A stretch of 64,000 bases of DNA, from contig OX597816.1 of the NCBI GenBank assembly GCA_951406725.2, positions 84,134,001-84,198,000 of the forward strand, written 5' to 3'. The notes beneath the pieces were generated by a model. That model made no database searches, had not been told where the DNA came from, and worked only from the letters and a program-made list of their open reading frames with translations. The DNA comes from Octopus vulgaris. Its lineage: Eukaryota. Of the stretch, positions 1-12,241 are shown piece by piece. The translations under genes were made by a program, and so were the position numbers. Within the stretch, counting starts at the first letter, position 1, and the number at the start of each line of letters is the position of its first letter.

Positions 1-58
1 AGTAAAAGAGAATTAAGTGTATATATATATATATATGTGTGTGTGTGTATGCATACAC

Positions 59-150
<92 letters not shown>

Positions 151-152
<2 letters not shown>

Positions 153-1410
153 GACATGCCGGAAGTAAATAGACACCTTTAATTTTCAAAATTTCTGATC
201 TAAGCGTCTTAGAAGCGTTTTCAGAATTTACAATGTAATTATTCTGTTTGATTCCAGGTGGCATCATATTAAACATTTGCGAAGAGTAACCATGCCACGC
301 ACAAAAATTTCAGCAGAACTGTCAGATTTTCAAAGAGATCCTATTATTGGGCAATCTGAGGCTGGTCTTAGCCAGCGAAAAAATGCCGAAAATCTTCAAA
401 TTCCTCTTTCTACTGTTAATAGAATTATAGTGCTATTCAAAAGCCAAGGAAAAGAATCAAGAGATTCTCGTCCCGGCCGACCTGGGCCCACGGAAAGGAA
501 GCTTCGCTTTTTTAAAAGGATTGTGGAAAATGAACCCCGTTCAGAAGCTTCTGGCATTGCAAAACAGCTAGAAGTTAGTCCAAGAAGGTGTGTTATATAT
601 CTGCATAAGCTTGGGTATTATGGACGAGCAGCTAGAAGAAAATCTCTCTTACAACCAATTAATATCATGAAAAGAAAGAAATGGACTAAGATGTCAGTAA
701 AATCCAGTTCATTTTGGGATAGAGTGATTTTCTCAGATGAATCCAGATTTGCATTATTTTCAGACAGTGGACGTGTTTCGGTCTGGAGGCATCCTAATCG
801 AGAATTTGATTTGAAACGATTCCAATCAACTGTGAAACATGGCGGTATCTCTGTAATAGTATGGAGAGCTGTCCCCAACAATGGTCATTCTGAGCTGATC
901 GAATGTGTTGTAACCATAAACTCTGAAAAATATATCGAAATACTTAAGAAAGGACTACTTCCGATGTATTCACACGATAACAAAGAAATATGAGTTTTTA
1001 TTCATGGAAGATGGAACTCCATGCCACACAGCAAAAAGGAATCAACAATGGCTGATTGAAAATGGGATCAAAAAGCTTCCTTGGCCGAGCCAATCTCCTG
1101 ACATGAACCCAATTGAAAATCTTTGGCGCATACTAGACAGAGCTATACGAAAAACTCAACAGTATCTTAAATCTAAAGATGAATTGTTTCGATCGTTGCG
1201 AGAAAATTGGGCAGAAATTCCACAAGAGACAATCACAAAGTTCATCAGTTCAATGCCACAAAGAGTTTCTAAATTAATAACTGCAAAGGGAATGTCAACT
1301 AAATACAAAGTATGTAGTCCAACCTATCGATTACATTTCAATTGTTCGCTTTGCGTATTAAAAAAATGATTTTGAAAATTAAAGGTGCCTATTTAATTCC
1401 TGCATGTCTG
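151..1410 (+). mobile_element. Tc1-family DNA transposon (DD34E), full length, transposase disrupted
   Basis: About 42-bp TIRs: cagacatgccggaagtaaatagacacctttaattttcaaaat (151-192) and attttgaaaattaaaggtgcctatttaattcctgcatgtctg (1369-1410). TA on the left flank, TG on the right. Encloses the transposase ORFs. Confidence 0.95.
292..1310 (+). pseudogene. Tc1 transposase split into two ORFs by a stop/frameshift near 990-1003
   Basis: N-terminal HTH with GRP motif, VIFSDESRF (D1), MEDGTPCH (D2), WPSQSPDMNPIENLW (E). 34 residues lie between D2 and E. Ends with GMSTKY. Confidence 0.93.
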
Positions 1411-1427
1411 TGTATGTGTATATATAT

Positions 1428-1498
<71 letters not shown>

Positions 1499-1636
1499 CA
1501 TATAGATGCATATAAATTTAAATTTAAAATGAGGGTGAAAAATTGAATATTAATTTGATTAACATCAATTCAAAACCAGTGGTCTAGCATATTAAAATTT
1601 GAAGGTTCAGAAAATTGTATTACATACATATATATA

Positions 1637-1669
<33 letters not shown>

Positions 1670-1670
<1 letters not shown>

Positions 1671-1992
1671 TAGCAGTATCGCCCGGCGTTGCTCAGGTTT
1701 GTAAGGGAAATAACTATAAAGCATTTTTAGAGAGTTATAGCCAAAAAATAGCAAAAAAATGGAAAAAAAATGATGGTAAATTTTTTTGAGAGTTAAAAAA
1801 GGTGGAGTTGCGTCCCCTAGACGGTCTGTGGTTTGGGTTTCTGATTCTCGACCCCATGTCGAATTTATCGATTTTTTTCAGAACTGGGGGAACTTTTCAA
1901 AATTTTCGCTGCGTTAGTTTGGAATTATGACATTGGGCTATGTGTGTGTCAAGTTTCATCAGGACACACAGAAAACGCACAGACAAACTGCC

Positions 1993-2010
<18 letters not shown>
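1670..2010 (-). mobile_element. Non-autonomous Helitron
   Basis: On the minus strand it ends ...gcaacgccgggcgatactgCTAG|T with a GC hairpin. The last ~70 bp match the 3' end of the 52488-53000 element. The 5' end runs into (TA)n. Confidence 0.75.
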
Positions 2011-2065
<55 letters not shown>

Positions 2066-2086
2066 GTGCGTGTGTGTGTGTGTGTG

Positions 2087-2125
<39 letters not shown>

Positions 2126-2625
2126 CACATGTGTGCATATATGAATGTATATGTGTGTATATAGTATGTGCGTGAGTATATTTGTATGGATACAGTGCGA
2201 ATGAGTGGAAAATAGAAATAAATACATATAATATCTATCCACGAGAGAGAAAAAGGGATAGGAGAGGAAGAAAGAGAGAGGGATAGAGGCATTTGAGATG
2301 GCTATTCCTTGATTGGTGAAAGACAATGTTTCACAGATGCTGTAATTTGATATTCCGTTTATACGAACAGGAATTAGAAATCACATGTGATATCATATTT
2401 TAGTAAGAACGTCTTGTACGTGTACGTGTGTGTGTGTGTGTCTGCAAATTACAGCCATGTTCATAAACACATTTATATTGGAATCAAACTGCGCAGGAAT
2501 ACAAATACACAGATACACAGACACATACGCATATGTATGTATGTTTTTATGCATTACGTTAATCTTATTTCATACTCGGGTTTCAAACGGCTCGCCTTGT
2601 TTAGAAACAAATTTTGATAATTGGT

Positions 2626-2714
<89 letters not shown>

Positions 2715-2746
2715 CATCCATCCATCCATCCATCCATCCATCTATG

Positions 2747-2850
<104 letters not shown>

Positions 2851-2874
2851 CATCCATCCATCCATCTATCCATC

Positions 2875-3385
2875 TTGCCCTGTTGCGCCTCTGCCACCCG
2901 GGCCTCTCTCGCGGCTCCAACACCTTCGTTCCTTAGAGCACCCAGAAATTGAAAACAGAGGGTTAACCACTTGCAAACAAATGTGGTAACATATAACAAT
3001 ATTGACCGAGGTTACCGTGGTCTTTTTCGTAGGCTTTTCTTCCCACGGATAAACCTTATCTGCTTTCCCCTTTACACCGTACATCATGACACTGTGATAC
3101 GCGATCCCTATTGATCGTTTTTTTTCCTATCCCCCTTTTTTCCTCTTTTTTCTTCCTTTTTCATTTTTCTTTTCCTTTTTTTCCTTTTTTTCTTTTCTTT
3201 TTTCTTTTTTTTTTCTTTTTCCCTTTTTACGATCCCTCTTGATCGAAAACCTACGCCACTTCTTTTGTTTCTTTTGTTTTTTGTTTTTTTTTTTTTGCTT
3301 TTTTTTTCATCCCACAAAAGAAAATCTCTACCTTGTAATTTGTCCCATCTGTGTGCAGCCCTGTGTGGCCAATAAAGAAACTTAT
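2875..3385 (+). mobile_element. Probable 3' end/UTR of a non-LTR retrotransposon (L1/Tx1-like) within a (TATC)n array
   Basis: Unique block with a long T-rich tract, ending ...gccctgtgtggccAATAAAgaaa. Flanked on both sides by (TATC)n/(TCCA)n. No coding motif seen, so the clade is inferred. Confidence 0.45.
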
Positions 3386-3411
3386 CTATCTATCCATCCA
3401 TTAATCCATCC

Positions 3412-3487
<76 letters not shown>

Positions 3488-3492
3488 ATCTA

Positions 3493-3523
<31 letters not shown>

Positions 3524-3610
3524 ATTTGTCTGTCTGTCTCTCTGTCTCGCTTTCTGTCTGTCTGTTGAGGCAACTGTGTCACCCCACCTCTCTCTCTCTC
3601 TCTCGCTTTC

Positions 3611-3652
<42 letters not shown>

Positions 3653-4444
3653 CACACTCACGCATGCACTCTCACACACGCACAAACACACACACACACA
3701 CAAATATTGTTCAAGTATATGCATTTTGTGATGTTTTTGCACTCCACCGTCTCTAAATAAATAGTCCTATGATCAATGACGATCTAACCTTGCCCATCCT
3801 ACCCTTTCAAACCCAGTTACTCTATCTCATACAATATTAAGATATGTTTGATTTTTTTTAGTTCCAAGCAAAATGATGATATTTGATGGAAATTCAGTTG
3901 TATTTTCAAGAAACTATATATAGTCTTCGTCGATGTTGGGCATATAAATATCATGTCTCTATTGTTTCGCTAATTGGATCGCTGCCACGCTTGGGGTACC
4001 GCCTTCAAGAATTTAGTCCCGTGATTCTTATCCGGAGTCCTTGGGCTTCATGTGTGACACATTGAGGGTTCAATGTATGATTTTGTTTTTAAAGTTCACG
4101 TGCAATAAATTGGTTATGTGTATTGGTTTTCTACAATACACAAAACCTTTTAACAAGTTTTTTTATGTAATTCCTAATAATATTTAATTGAAAAATATAA
4201 TAGGACTTTTAAAAATGTCAAATGGCTATGAGGGTCAATCTGTGTAAATTGAGAATCAAAGGAGTTCCATAAGTAAAAAATGGTGAGTAATGGTTTAGTT
4301 AAAGAGATCGACTTTTTTGCACAAACACACACAAACAACATGGTTCCGAGTTCATTCCCACTGCATGGAATCTTGAGCAAGTGTCTTCTACTATAGCCTC
4401 GGGCCGACCAAAGGTAGACAGAAGCTGAAAGAAGTTGAAAGAAG

Positions 4445-4865
4445 GGCGGCGAGCTGGCAGAAACGTTAGCACGACAGGCGAAATGCTTAGCGGTATTTCG
4501 TCTGGTGCTACGTTCTGAGTTCAAATTCCGCCGAGGTCGACTTTGCCTTTCATCCTTTCGGGGTCTATCAAATAAGTAGCAGTTACGCACTGGGGTCGAT
4601 ATAATCGACTTAATCCGTTTGTCTGCCCTTGTTTGTCCTCTCTGTGTTTAGCCCCTTGTGGGTAGTAAAGAAACAGGTATTTCGTCTGCCGTTACGTTGT
4701 GAGTTCAAATTCCACCGAGGTTGACTTTGCCTTTCATCCTTTCGGGTTCGATAAATTACGTATCAGTTAAACACTGGGGTCGATGTAATCGACTTAATCC
4801 CTTTGTCTGTCCTTGTTTGACCCCTCTAAGTTTAGTCCTTTGTGGGCAATAAAGAAATAAGAAAC
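4445..4865 (+). mobile_element. tRNA-derived SINE, family A, with a tandemly duplicated body
   Basis: Head ggcggcgagctggcagaaacgttagc with B box gagttcaaattcc; core gtcgactttgcctttcatcctttcggggtcgataaa. The body is repeated at 4676-4865. Confidence 0.85.
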
Positions 4866-4883
4866 TGAAAGAAGCTCGTCGTA

Positions 4884-4946
<63 letters not shown>

Positions 4947-5592
4947 GTGTGTGTATATGTTTGTATGTCTGTTTTTGTGGCCCCAACATCGCTTGACAAC
5001 CAAATGTGGCGTGTTTACGTTCACGTAACGTAGCGGTTCGGCAAAAGAGAATAAGTACTAGGCTTACAAAGAATAAGTCCTGGGGTCGATTTGCTCGACT
5101 AAAGGTGGTGCTCCAGCATGGCCCTAGCCAAATGACCGAAACAAGTAAAAGAATAAAAGAGAGAAAGTAAAGAGTAAACACACACACACACATATACTCA
5201 GAGGAAAGATAAGGATTAACCTAGTTCATATTAAAGTTCCTACGCGCATTTCACCGTTACGGATGTTTGAAGTCTTGCTATAGATGTGCTAAATGCATAT
5301 GGATACTCAATCACAACGGATCCAATGGTTATACTTCATTTGTATCAAGTGACAAACATCTATGACTTGGTGAAACGGACGTAGAAACCTTAATATGAAT
5401 TTGTGTTTCTCTTTTTTTTTCTACATTTGCTCAAAGGCTCATAATTAGTAATACTGCTCAGTATAGAAGTTAATTAACAACTATACAGGAAGTAGATAAT
5501 CTACGTGAAGATCTAAATATAACAATAGTAATCATGATTCTACTTGTACAAATAATTAATGTATGTGTGTGTGTGTGCGCGCACACACACAT

Positions 5593-5810
5593 ATTCTTTT
5601 ATTTGTTTCAATTACTTAACAGAGGCCTTGCTGGAGCACTGCAGCGAGGGGTTTTAATCGAGCAAATCGGTCCAAGACTTTTTTTCAGTCGTAGTACTTA
5701 GTCTACCTTTTCTTTTTGTCGAACCGCTATGTTACGGGAACGTTATCACACCGACACCAGTTGTCAAGCGGTGATGGGTGGGGCGTCAAACACAGATACA
5801 AAGACACACA

Positions 5811-5873
<63 letters not shown>

Positions 5874-6032
5874 GACAGTCTTCTTTCAGTTTCTGCCTAC
5901 CAAAGCCACTCACAAGGTTTTGGCCGACCAAAGGCTATAGTAGAAGACACTTGCCCAAGGTGCCACGCCGTGGGATTGAACCCGGAACCATATGGTAGGG
6001 AAGCAAGCTTCTTACCACACAGCCACGCCTAT
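5593..6032 (-). mobile_element. tRNA-derived SINE, family B, with internal (CA)n
   Basis: Matches the other family B copies: gtggctgtgtggtaagaagcttgc...ccgggttcaatcccac...ccttgggcaagtgtcttctactatagc, a microsatellite, then the gctccagca...aaacaaataaaaga tail. Confidence 0.85.
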
Positions 6033-6035
6033 ACT

Positions 6036-6085
<50 letters not shown>

Positions 6086-7644
6086 CGTGCTTCTTTCAGT
6101 TTCCGTCTCCCAAATTTACTCATTAAGCTTTCATCCTCCCACATCTATAATTAGAAGTCATTTTCCCAAGATGCCGCGCAATAGGACTGAACCTAAGACC
6201 ATGCGGTTCAGAAGCAATCTTCTTGCCACACAGCCATACCATTCACCAGTATAGGCTTCTGCAATAAAGAAGAAAGTGAACAAGTTTCAAGTTAATTTTG
6301 GACTTTAGACAGCAGTCACAAAGGCAGAGTCCCATGCTGAGCATTAGAGAAACACGGTATGTATGGATCACCAGTACTTCACATACAGGAATGTATAAAT
6401 GTATGTGTTCTTTTATATATGGAGGCATGTATGTGCAATAAAATTGCCCAAGTCTGAAAACTATGACAATAGCGTTTCTTAATCGTTGAAATATCATGGT
6501 TTATTCATTCACATAATCTTTTTTGTTGCCTTTATTCGTGAGATCGTTGTTGCTGTTGTTCTTGATGGTGATGGCGTTGGTGTTGTTGGTAGTGTTATTG
6601 TTATTGTTGCTGTTGTTGTTGTACTTCGTTTCGTTTTATTACGATTGTTATAATAAAACATGTCGGTTTATAAGAAGTATGGAGAATAGAATATTGAAAA
6701 AAAAAAACAGCAACGAAAAAACCAAAAAAAATAGATGCAAGTAAATAAAATATGAAAATAAATTATGCTAAACTGTCAGATTTAATTTAGCACTTCAATC
6801 ATGGTGGAATTCTTGTTTTATATTTTATTTCGTTTTACTGTATTTCATTCCTCTTCATATTTTGTTTATTTATAAATTGATTCTTGTTATTTTTACTGTT
6901 TATCCCCGCACCCGCCGTTTTTGTTAAGAGGGCAAAAGTTTAGACCTGGCAGTGATAAATTAAACTCTAAATATTTTATAGTCTTATTCTAATTTAAAAT
7001 GATGTATCTGACAGATGAATTGATCTGGAGCTTCTTTAGGAGTATAATTAACTTTCAACTTCTCATATACTGACATATATAGACGACAGGCGAATGGAAT
7101 TAGATATATTTGAGAAGACGTAACCCTCTCTTTTAATCGAATGTATAAATATAGTAGATGAATTGTGCTCTATTTTCTTCTCTGATGCTAGTTTTCAGTT
7201 GTCTATATAGATGTAGGTGCATGAATAGGATTGTTATAGTTAAGTTGTTTTAATCTTTCACTGAACGTTGAATAAAAAGTAAACCGGTTGAATGTGCGTA
7301 TATGTGGCTCTAACACTCAGTTTATGTAACTTGACTTGCATTTACTTTTATTTGTTATTCAACCCAAACACAGCCCTTATCAAGTAAACGTATTATCAAA
7401 AATGTTTCAGCAATGGCTGTCTTGTAATTTTGTATAACTAGGACTGTGTTGTGGCCTTTGTTATTGCTGGGTTGGTTTTTAGGGAGATTTGGCTACTATC
7501 TCTAGCAAAACTAACAACAGCGTAAAGGATTCAGGCTCTGCACTGTAGGCAGCGGTTGTACAAGAAGATAATTTTTACCATGAGGGAAGATATCAGCATT
7601 TGACTTGATTAGATGTGTATCTGCGTAAAACGATTAAATACATT

Positions 7645-8062
7645 GGCTTCAATTTTTGGCACAATGCCAGCAAGTTATTGGGAAGGAGTAAGTCGCTTAC
7701 ATTTACCCCAGAGTTTAACTGGTATTTATGTTATCGACACTCGAAGGGATGAAAGGCAAAGTCGAACCCGGCGGAATTTGAACTCAGATCCCGCTAAGCA
7801 TTTTGCACGGCGTTCTAACGTTTCTGTTAGCTCTCGGCCTTAAAAACGATGAAGTGTATTGATGACCAATTTTGGCACTAGGCCAGCAATTTGGAGGAAG
7901 AGGGTAAGTCGATTACATCGATCCCAGTGTTCAACTGGTACCAATCTTATCGATAGGCAAATTCGACCTCGGCAGAATTTGAATTTAGAATGTAAAGACG
8001 GACGAAATTTCACTAAGCATTTTGTCCGGGATGCAAATAGTTCTACCAGTTCGCAGCCATAA
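7645..8062 (-). mobile_element. Two adjacent family A SINE copies
   Basis: Reverse-complement matches at 7645-7842 and 7865-8062 (aattttggcac...gatgaaaggcaaagtcg...ggaatttgaactcag...ctaagcatttt). Confidence 0.75.
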
Positions 8063-9299
8063 AAACAATTAAAAAGTCTGATGTTATTTTATTGTGATGG
8101 GGGTGGTCCAGATGGGGTTAGGCAGCCCTGAGGTAAGTAAGGTCGCAGATCGAACGACAAGGTGCGATTCGCATTCCCAGTTTTCGAGACATACCATTTC
8201 GCTGAACTGTTATTCTTTAGCCCCAGGCAGACCTTATGGAGTAGAACTATAGCAGAAATCATTCAATCTGTAATCTTCTGATCCTTCTATGATTTTCTGT
8301 TTTTGATATTGTATATCGTTGGTTCATAAGATAATCCACCAACCGGTTTACCGCCGCCGCCACCACCACCATCACCACCACCACCGCCATCACCACCATC
8401 CACCACCACCACCAACACCACCACCACCATTGTATCTGGTATGTTTAATGTAAAACAGCAATAAAAAAAGAGTAAATTAAACCACAGAAATATACAAAAA
8501 TCAATCACTGAATTTATAAGAATACTTTATTTACATGTTATTTCTAATTAGTTCGACCATATTTCTCATTCTGATTAATTTAAATTTACGATATTTAACA
8601 GTTCAAATTAGTAGAAACAACTGTTAATATACTTTGATCTAAAATCTTGTTTTCTTTTTTTTTTTTTACTATAACAGTTACGTGGCATTCTTATAAAATT
8701 AATTTGTAGTTAAGAAAAAGTGAACTGATTTTGAGAACGGAAAAGTATCTGAATATCGGAAAAGAGTTGCCTCTATCACAATGATTCGCGCCGGAAAACC
8801 AAAATACCGACATCATGACTGATGATCAATTCTTTGTAAGCACTGTAAAACGTGACATGGACAGCCGCAACGGAGACTACGAAGCCATGACAAGTAGGAA
8901 TGGATACAGCAGGTCGTATTTCACCCACCATAACATGGCCTAAGGTTCAATTTACACGTTTGCTTGAAGCTGCCACAGCCTGTGGTCAACTCTTAGCTGG
9001 AGAGAGTTGCTGACGGAAGGCCATATATGTGGAAGCAGAATTCTACTCCTTGCCATACCTCCAGAAAGTATCAGAAGTGGTTGTCGGCTGGTCAAATTCG
9101 TTCATGGACCAGCATTTCCTTAGCCTTGAAACGCTAGGAGAAAAAAAAGAATAACTCGCACACACACTCGAATACAAATAAATCAAGAGACGTGAAAGTG
9201 AACGCTGTCAACGTCATTGATACTGCAACCCCGATCGTTAACAGCCCTGTCACCACCATCACCACTACTACTACTACCACCACCACCAACAACAACGAA

Positions 9300-10480
9300 A
9301 TCATCACCAAGCGGTGACCTCCACCAAAGAAAGTACCACCAACACCAACACCACTACTACAACTAACACCTCCGCTAACGGCACCACCACCAAAGACAAA
9401 AGAAATTTCGCGTAAGCGATAAAACAAAAGAGAACTATCGTAAAATTCAATGCACAAGAAATAAACAACTCAAAGGCGCTTCTTAGCAAAGAAGGGGATA
9501 ATTTGCATGTTCACATGCCAAAACATATCATAGAAAACACACAAAAAAGGACAACAATATATAAAATTATCAGCACGAAGACAATACGACAGGAAAATGC
9601 ACCACAACCAAAAATAGAAAAATGCCTTCGCCCTGTACGGAAACACAAAGAATACGTCAGTTGGTGGGATAGATTCGGCACAGTTCAAGTGCGATTCCAC
9701 AATGAAAATCTGGCCAAACAATTTTCAACATTAACTTTCCATACGGACGAGTTGGTGATGATACCAATATACTTAAGCAAGAGAGTGACGAAAGTCACAG
9801 TAAAAACTGTGCCACCAGAAGTAGAAACACACTGGCTAGTATCTGTTATCTGCTTTGAAATGGCAGAGACTAACATTCTGGAAATTGCTGCTTTAGAACA
9901 GCAAAACTGGGTCGAAAGATACTTCAAATACTTAGGCAAATTGATCAGCCATCAATTGACAAGATAACCACCCCTGCAGAATTGTCAGAAGGCTACATAC
10001 TGTATGCAGTGGAGAAGGGCAGGCGGCCACGCTGCTATCTGTGCGGCAGCGATGCGCATTTAAAAAAGATTTATCCAACTGCCGCACAACAAGAGCAACA
10101 ACAACAACCACCACCACCACAACCAAAACACTCTGAGAAAAACGCGATACTACCCACACCACACAGAAGACGATTAAAGAAGCATACCAACCAAATCCAT
10201 CAACATCAACAATCGAAAATAAAACAGCACCTGTAAAAATACCACCACAACAACAGCAAGAACTCAAAGTACAGGAAAACCAAAAGAAGATGCTAAAATT
10301 GATCCCTCTTCCCCTGTATCACATACATCTCACGCAAACAATCAACAACTAACACTAACGAATGCAACAACACGACTATTTACACAAACATATATAGACG
10401 CTTACAACATGACATTGCCCACTTCCGATTCCTCAGAAATTTCGTCGGAAGACGAAAGCAGTGAGGAATAGCAAATAGCC
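9300..10480 (+). pseudogene. Decayed non-LTR retrotransposon ORF1 (gag-like, zinc knuckle), probably L1/Tx1
   Basis: Broken ORFs 9503-9967 and 9982-10236; GRRPRCYLCGSDAHLKKIY fits CX2CX4HX4(C>Y). A-rich plus strand. Confidence 0.55.
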
Positions 10481-10578
10481 AAAAAAAGGAAGGAGGAAGA
10501 TGAGCAAAAAAAAGCAACAAAAGCAAACACAAAGCAAAAAAAAAGCAAACAAAAGCTGGGAGATACACTACTCCCGAA

Positions 10579-10627
<49 letters not shown>

Positions 10628-11612
10628 GCATATATGGGTACAGGACGTCACCAACTGTGCAAACTACATGAAACAAGTAAACAAACAAGTAAAATACGTA
10701 AACAACGAGAGAAAAAATGGAAAAGAAGACAAGCAAACACAGTTGTCGGCTGTCTATCTACTCCTCATTTGGAGCATTCAACGACAATATGAGTCTTCAA
10801 AGACAGTTGTTCCCATAAATTTTAAATACAATTTAGGATGTATGGAAGGTCAAAGTTGGGAACAAAAAATACGACAGTGGAAACATACAAGGAAACCGAA
10901 CGAAAACAAACAGGGAGGGTCGTTAGACCAGAACGAGAGGAAAATAGTGAATGCTGGGCGAGATAGTTTCTCTGAAAAGAGAAAAGATAAAAAGAAAGAG
11001 AAAAAACATCCACTCTTTTGAACGTCTGAGCAGGAAAAGAACGATGGTCACGTGAGGAAAAGAACGATGGACGATGATCAAGTCTGAGCAACGAGAGCAA
11101 GAGAAAAAGAAAAAGAGGGGAGAGCGAGTGAGAAAACGAGAAAGAGAGGAGTGAGAGAGAAAAAAGAGAAAGAGGAGGAGAGAGAGACAGCTAGAAAACG
11201 GTGAAAGAGGAAGGGGGAGAAAAAGGGAATTAGAGAAGGAAGGAGGATGAGAACAGTATAGAGTCGCATCAAAAACTTGAAGAAAAACTCCCTCTCTCTC
11301 TATATATATATATGTATATATTTATGTGTCTATGTTTTTGTACCTGCGTTTTCCCTCCCACCATCGCTTGACAACCGATCTTGGCGTGTTTACGTCGCCG
11401 TAACATAGCGGTTCGGCAAAAGAGACCGACGAAACAAGTACTAGGCTTACAAAATATAAGTCCGGGAGTCAATTTCTTCGAATAAAAACCTTTCAGGTGG
11501 TGCTTCAGCATGGCCGCGGTCAAATGACTGAAAGAAAAGAATAAAAAATAAAAGAATACATAAAATATATATGTGTGTGTGTGTGTGTGTGTGTATACAT
11601 ATAAATATACAT

Positions 11613-11953
11613 AGGTGCAGGAGTTGCTGTGTGATAAATAGCTTGTTTACCGACCACATGGTTGCGGGTTCAGTCCCAATGCCTTGTTAGTGAATTTGGT
11701 AGACGGAAACTGAAAGGAGCCCATCGTGTATATATATATATATATATAACGTTTTTATTTCTCTTTCCATTTCAGAATTACAACTATTAGTGGTTTGGAG
11801 TTTGGCTGCTCTTTCTAGTGAGTCGGATGTCCTATTATGGCAATCCTTTATATGTTTGAATGTATCTTATATAGTCTATTGACTATTTATTTTCTCTTTC
11901 TCACTTGACCGCTGGTAGCGGAGAATTTTTCTAGAATTTTTTGCTACTCTAAA

Positions 11954-12004
<51 letters not shown>

Positions 12005-12218
12005 TATGTTTGTGTGTCTGTGTTTGTAACCTCACCATCGCTTTACAGCCGATGCTGGTGTGTTTACGTCCCCGTAACTTAGCGGTTCGGCAAAAGAGAT
12101 CCAATAGAATAAGTACTAGGCTCACAAAGAATAAGTCCTGGGGTCGATTTGTTCGACTAAAGGCGGTGCTCCAGAATGGCCGCAGTCAATTGACTGAAAA
12201 AAGAAGAGAATAAAAGAG
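11613..12218 (+). mobile_element. Family B SINE with a ~200-bp insert in its internal (TA)n
   Basis: Head 11613-11728, unrelated block 11750-11955 between (TA)n runs, tail 12008-12218. Confidence 0.75.
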
Positions 12219-12241
12219 ATACGTATATATATATATATATA

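Noticed and set aside
8095-8140. Perfect donor GAG|GTAAGT near 8131
   Set aside because: No supporting acceptor or ORF; such a match is expected by chance.
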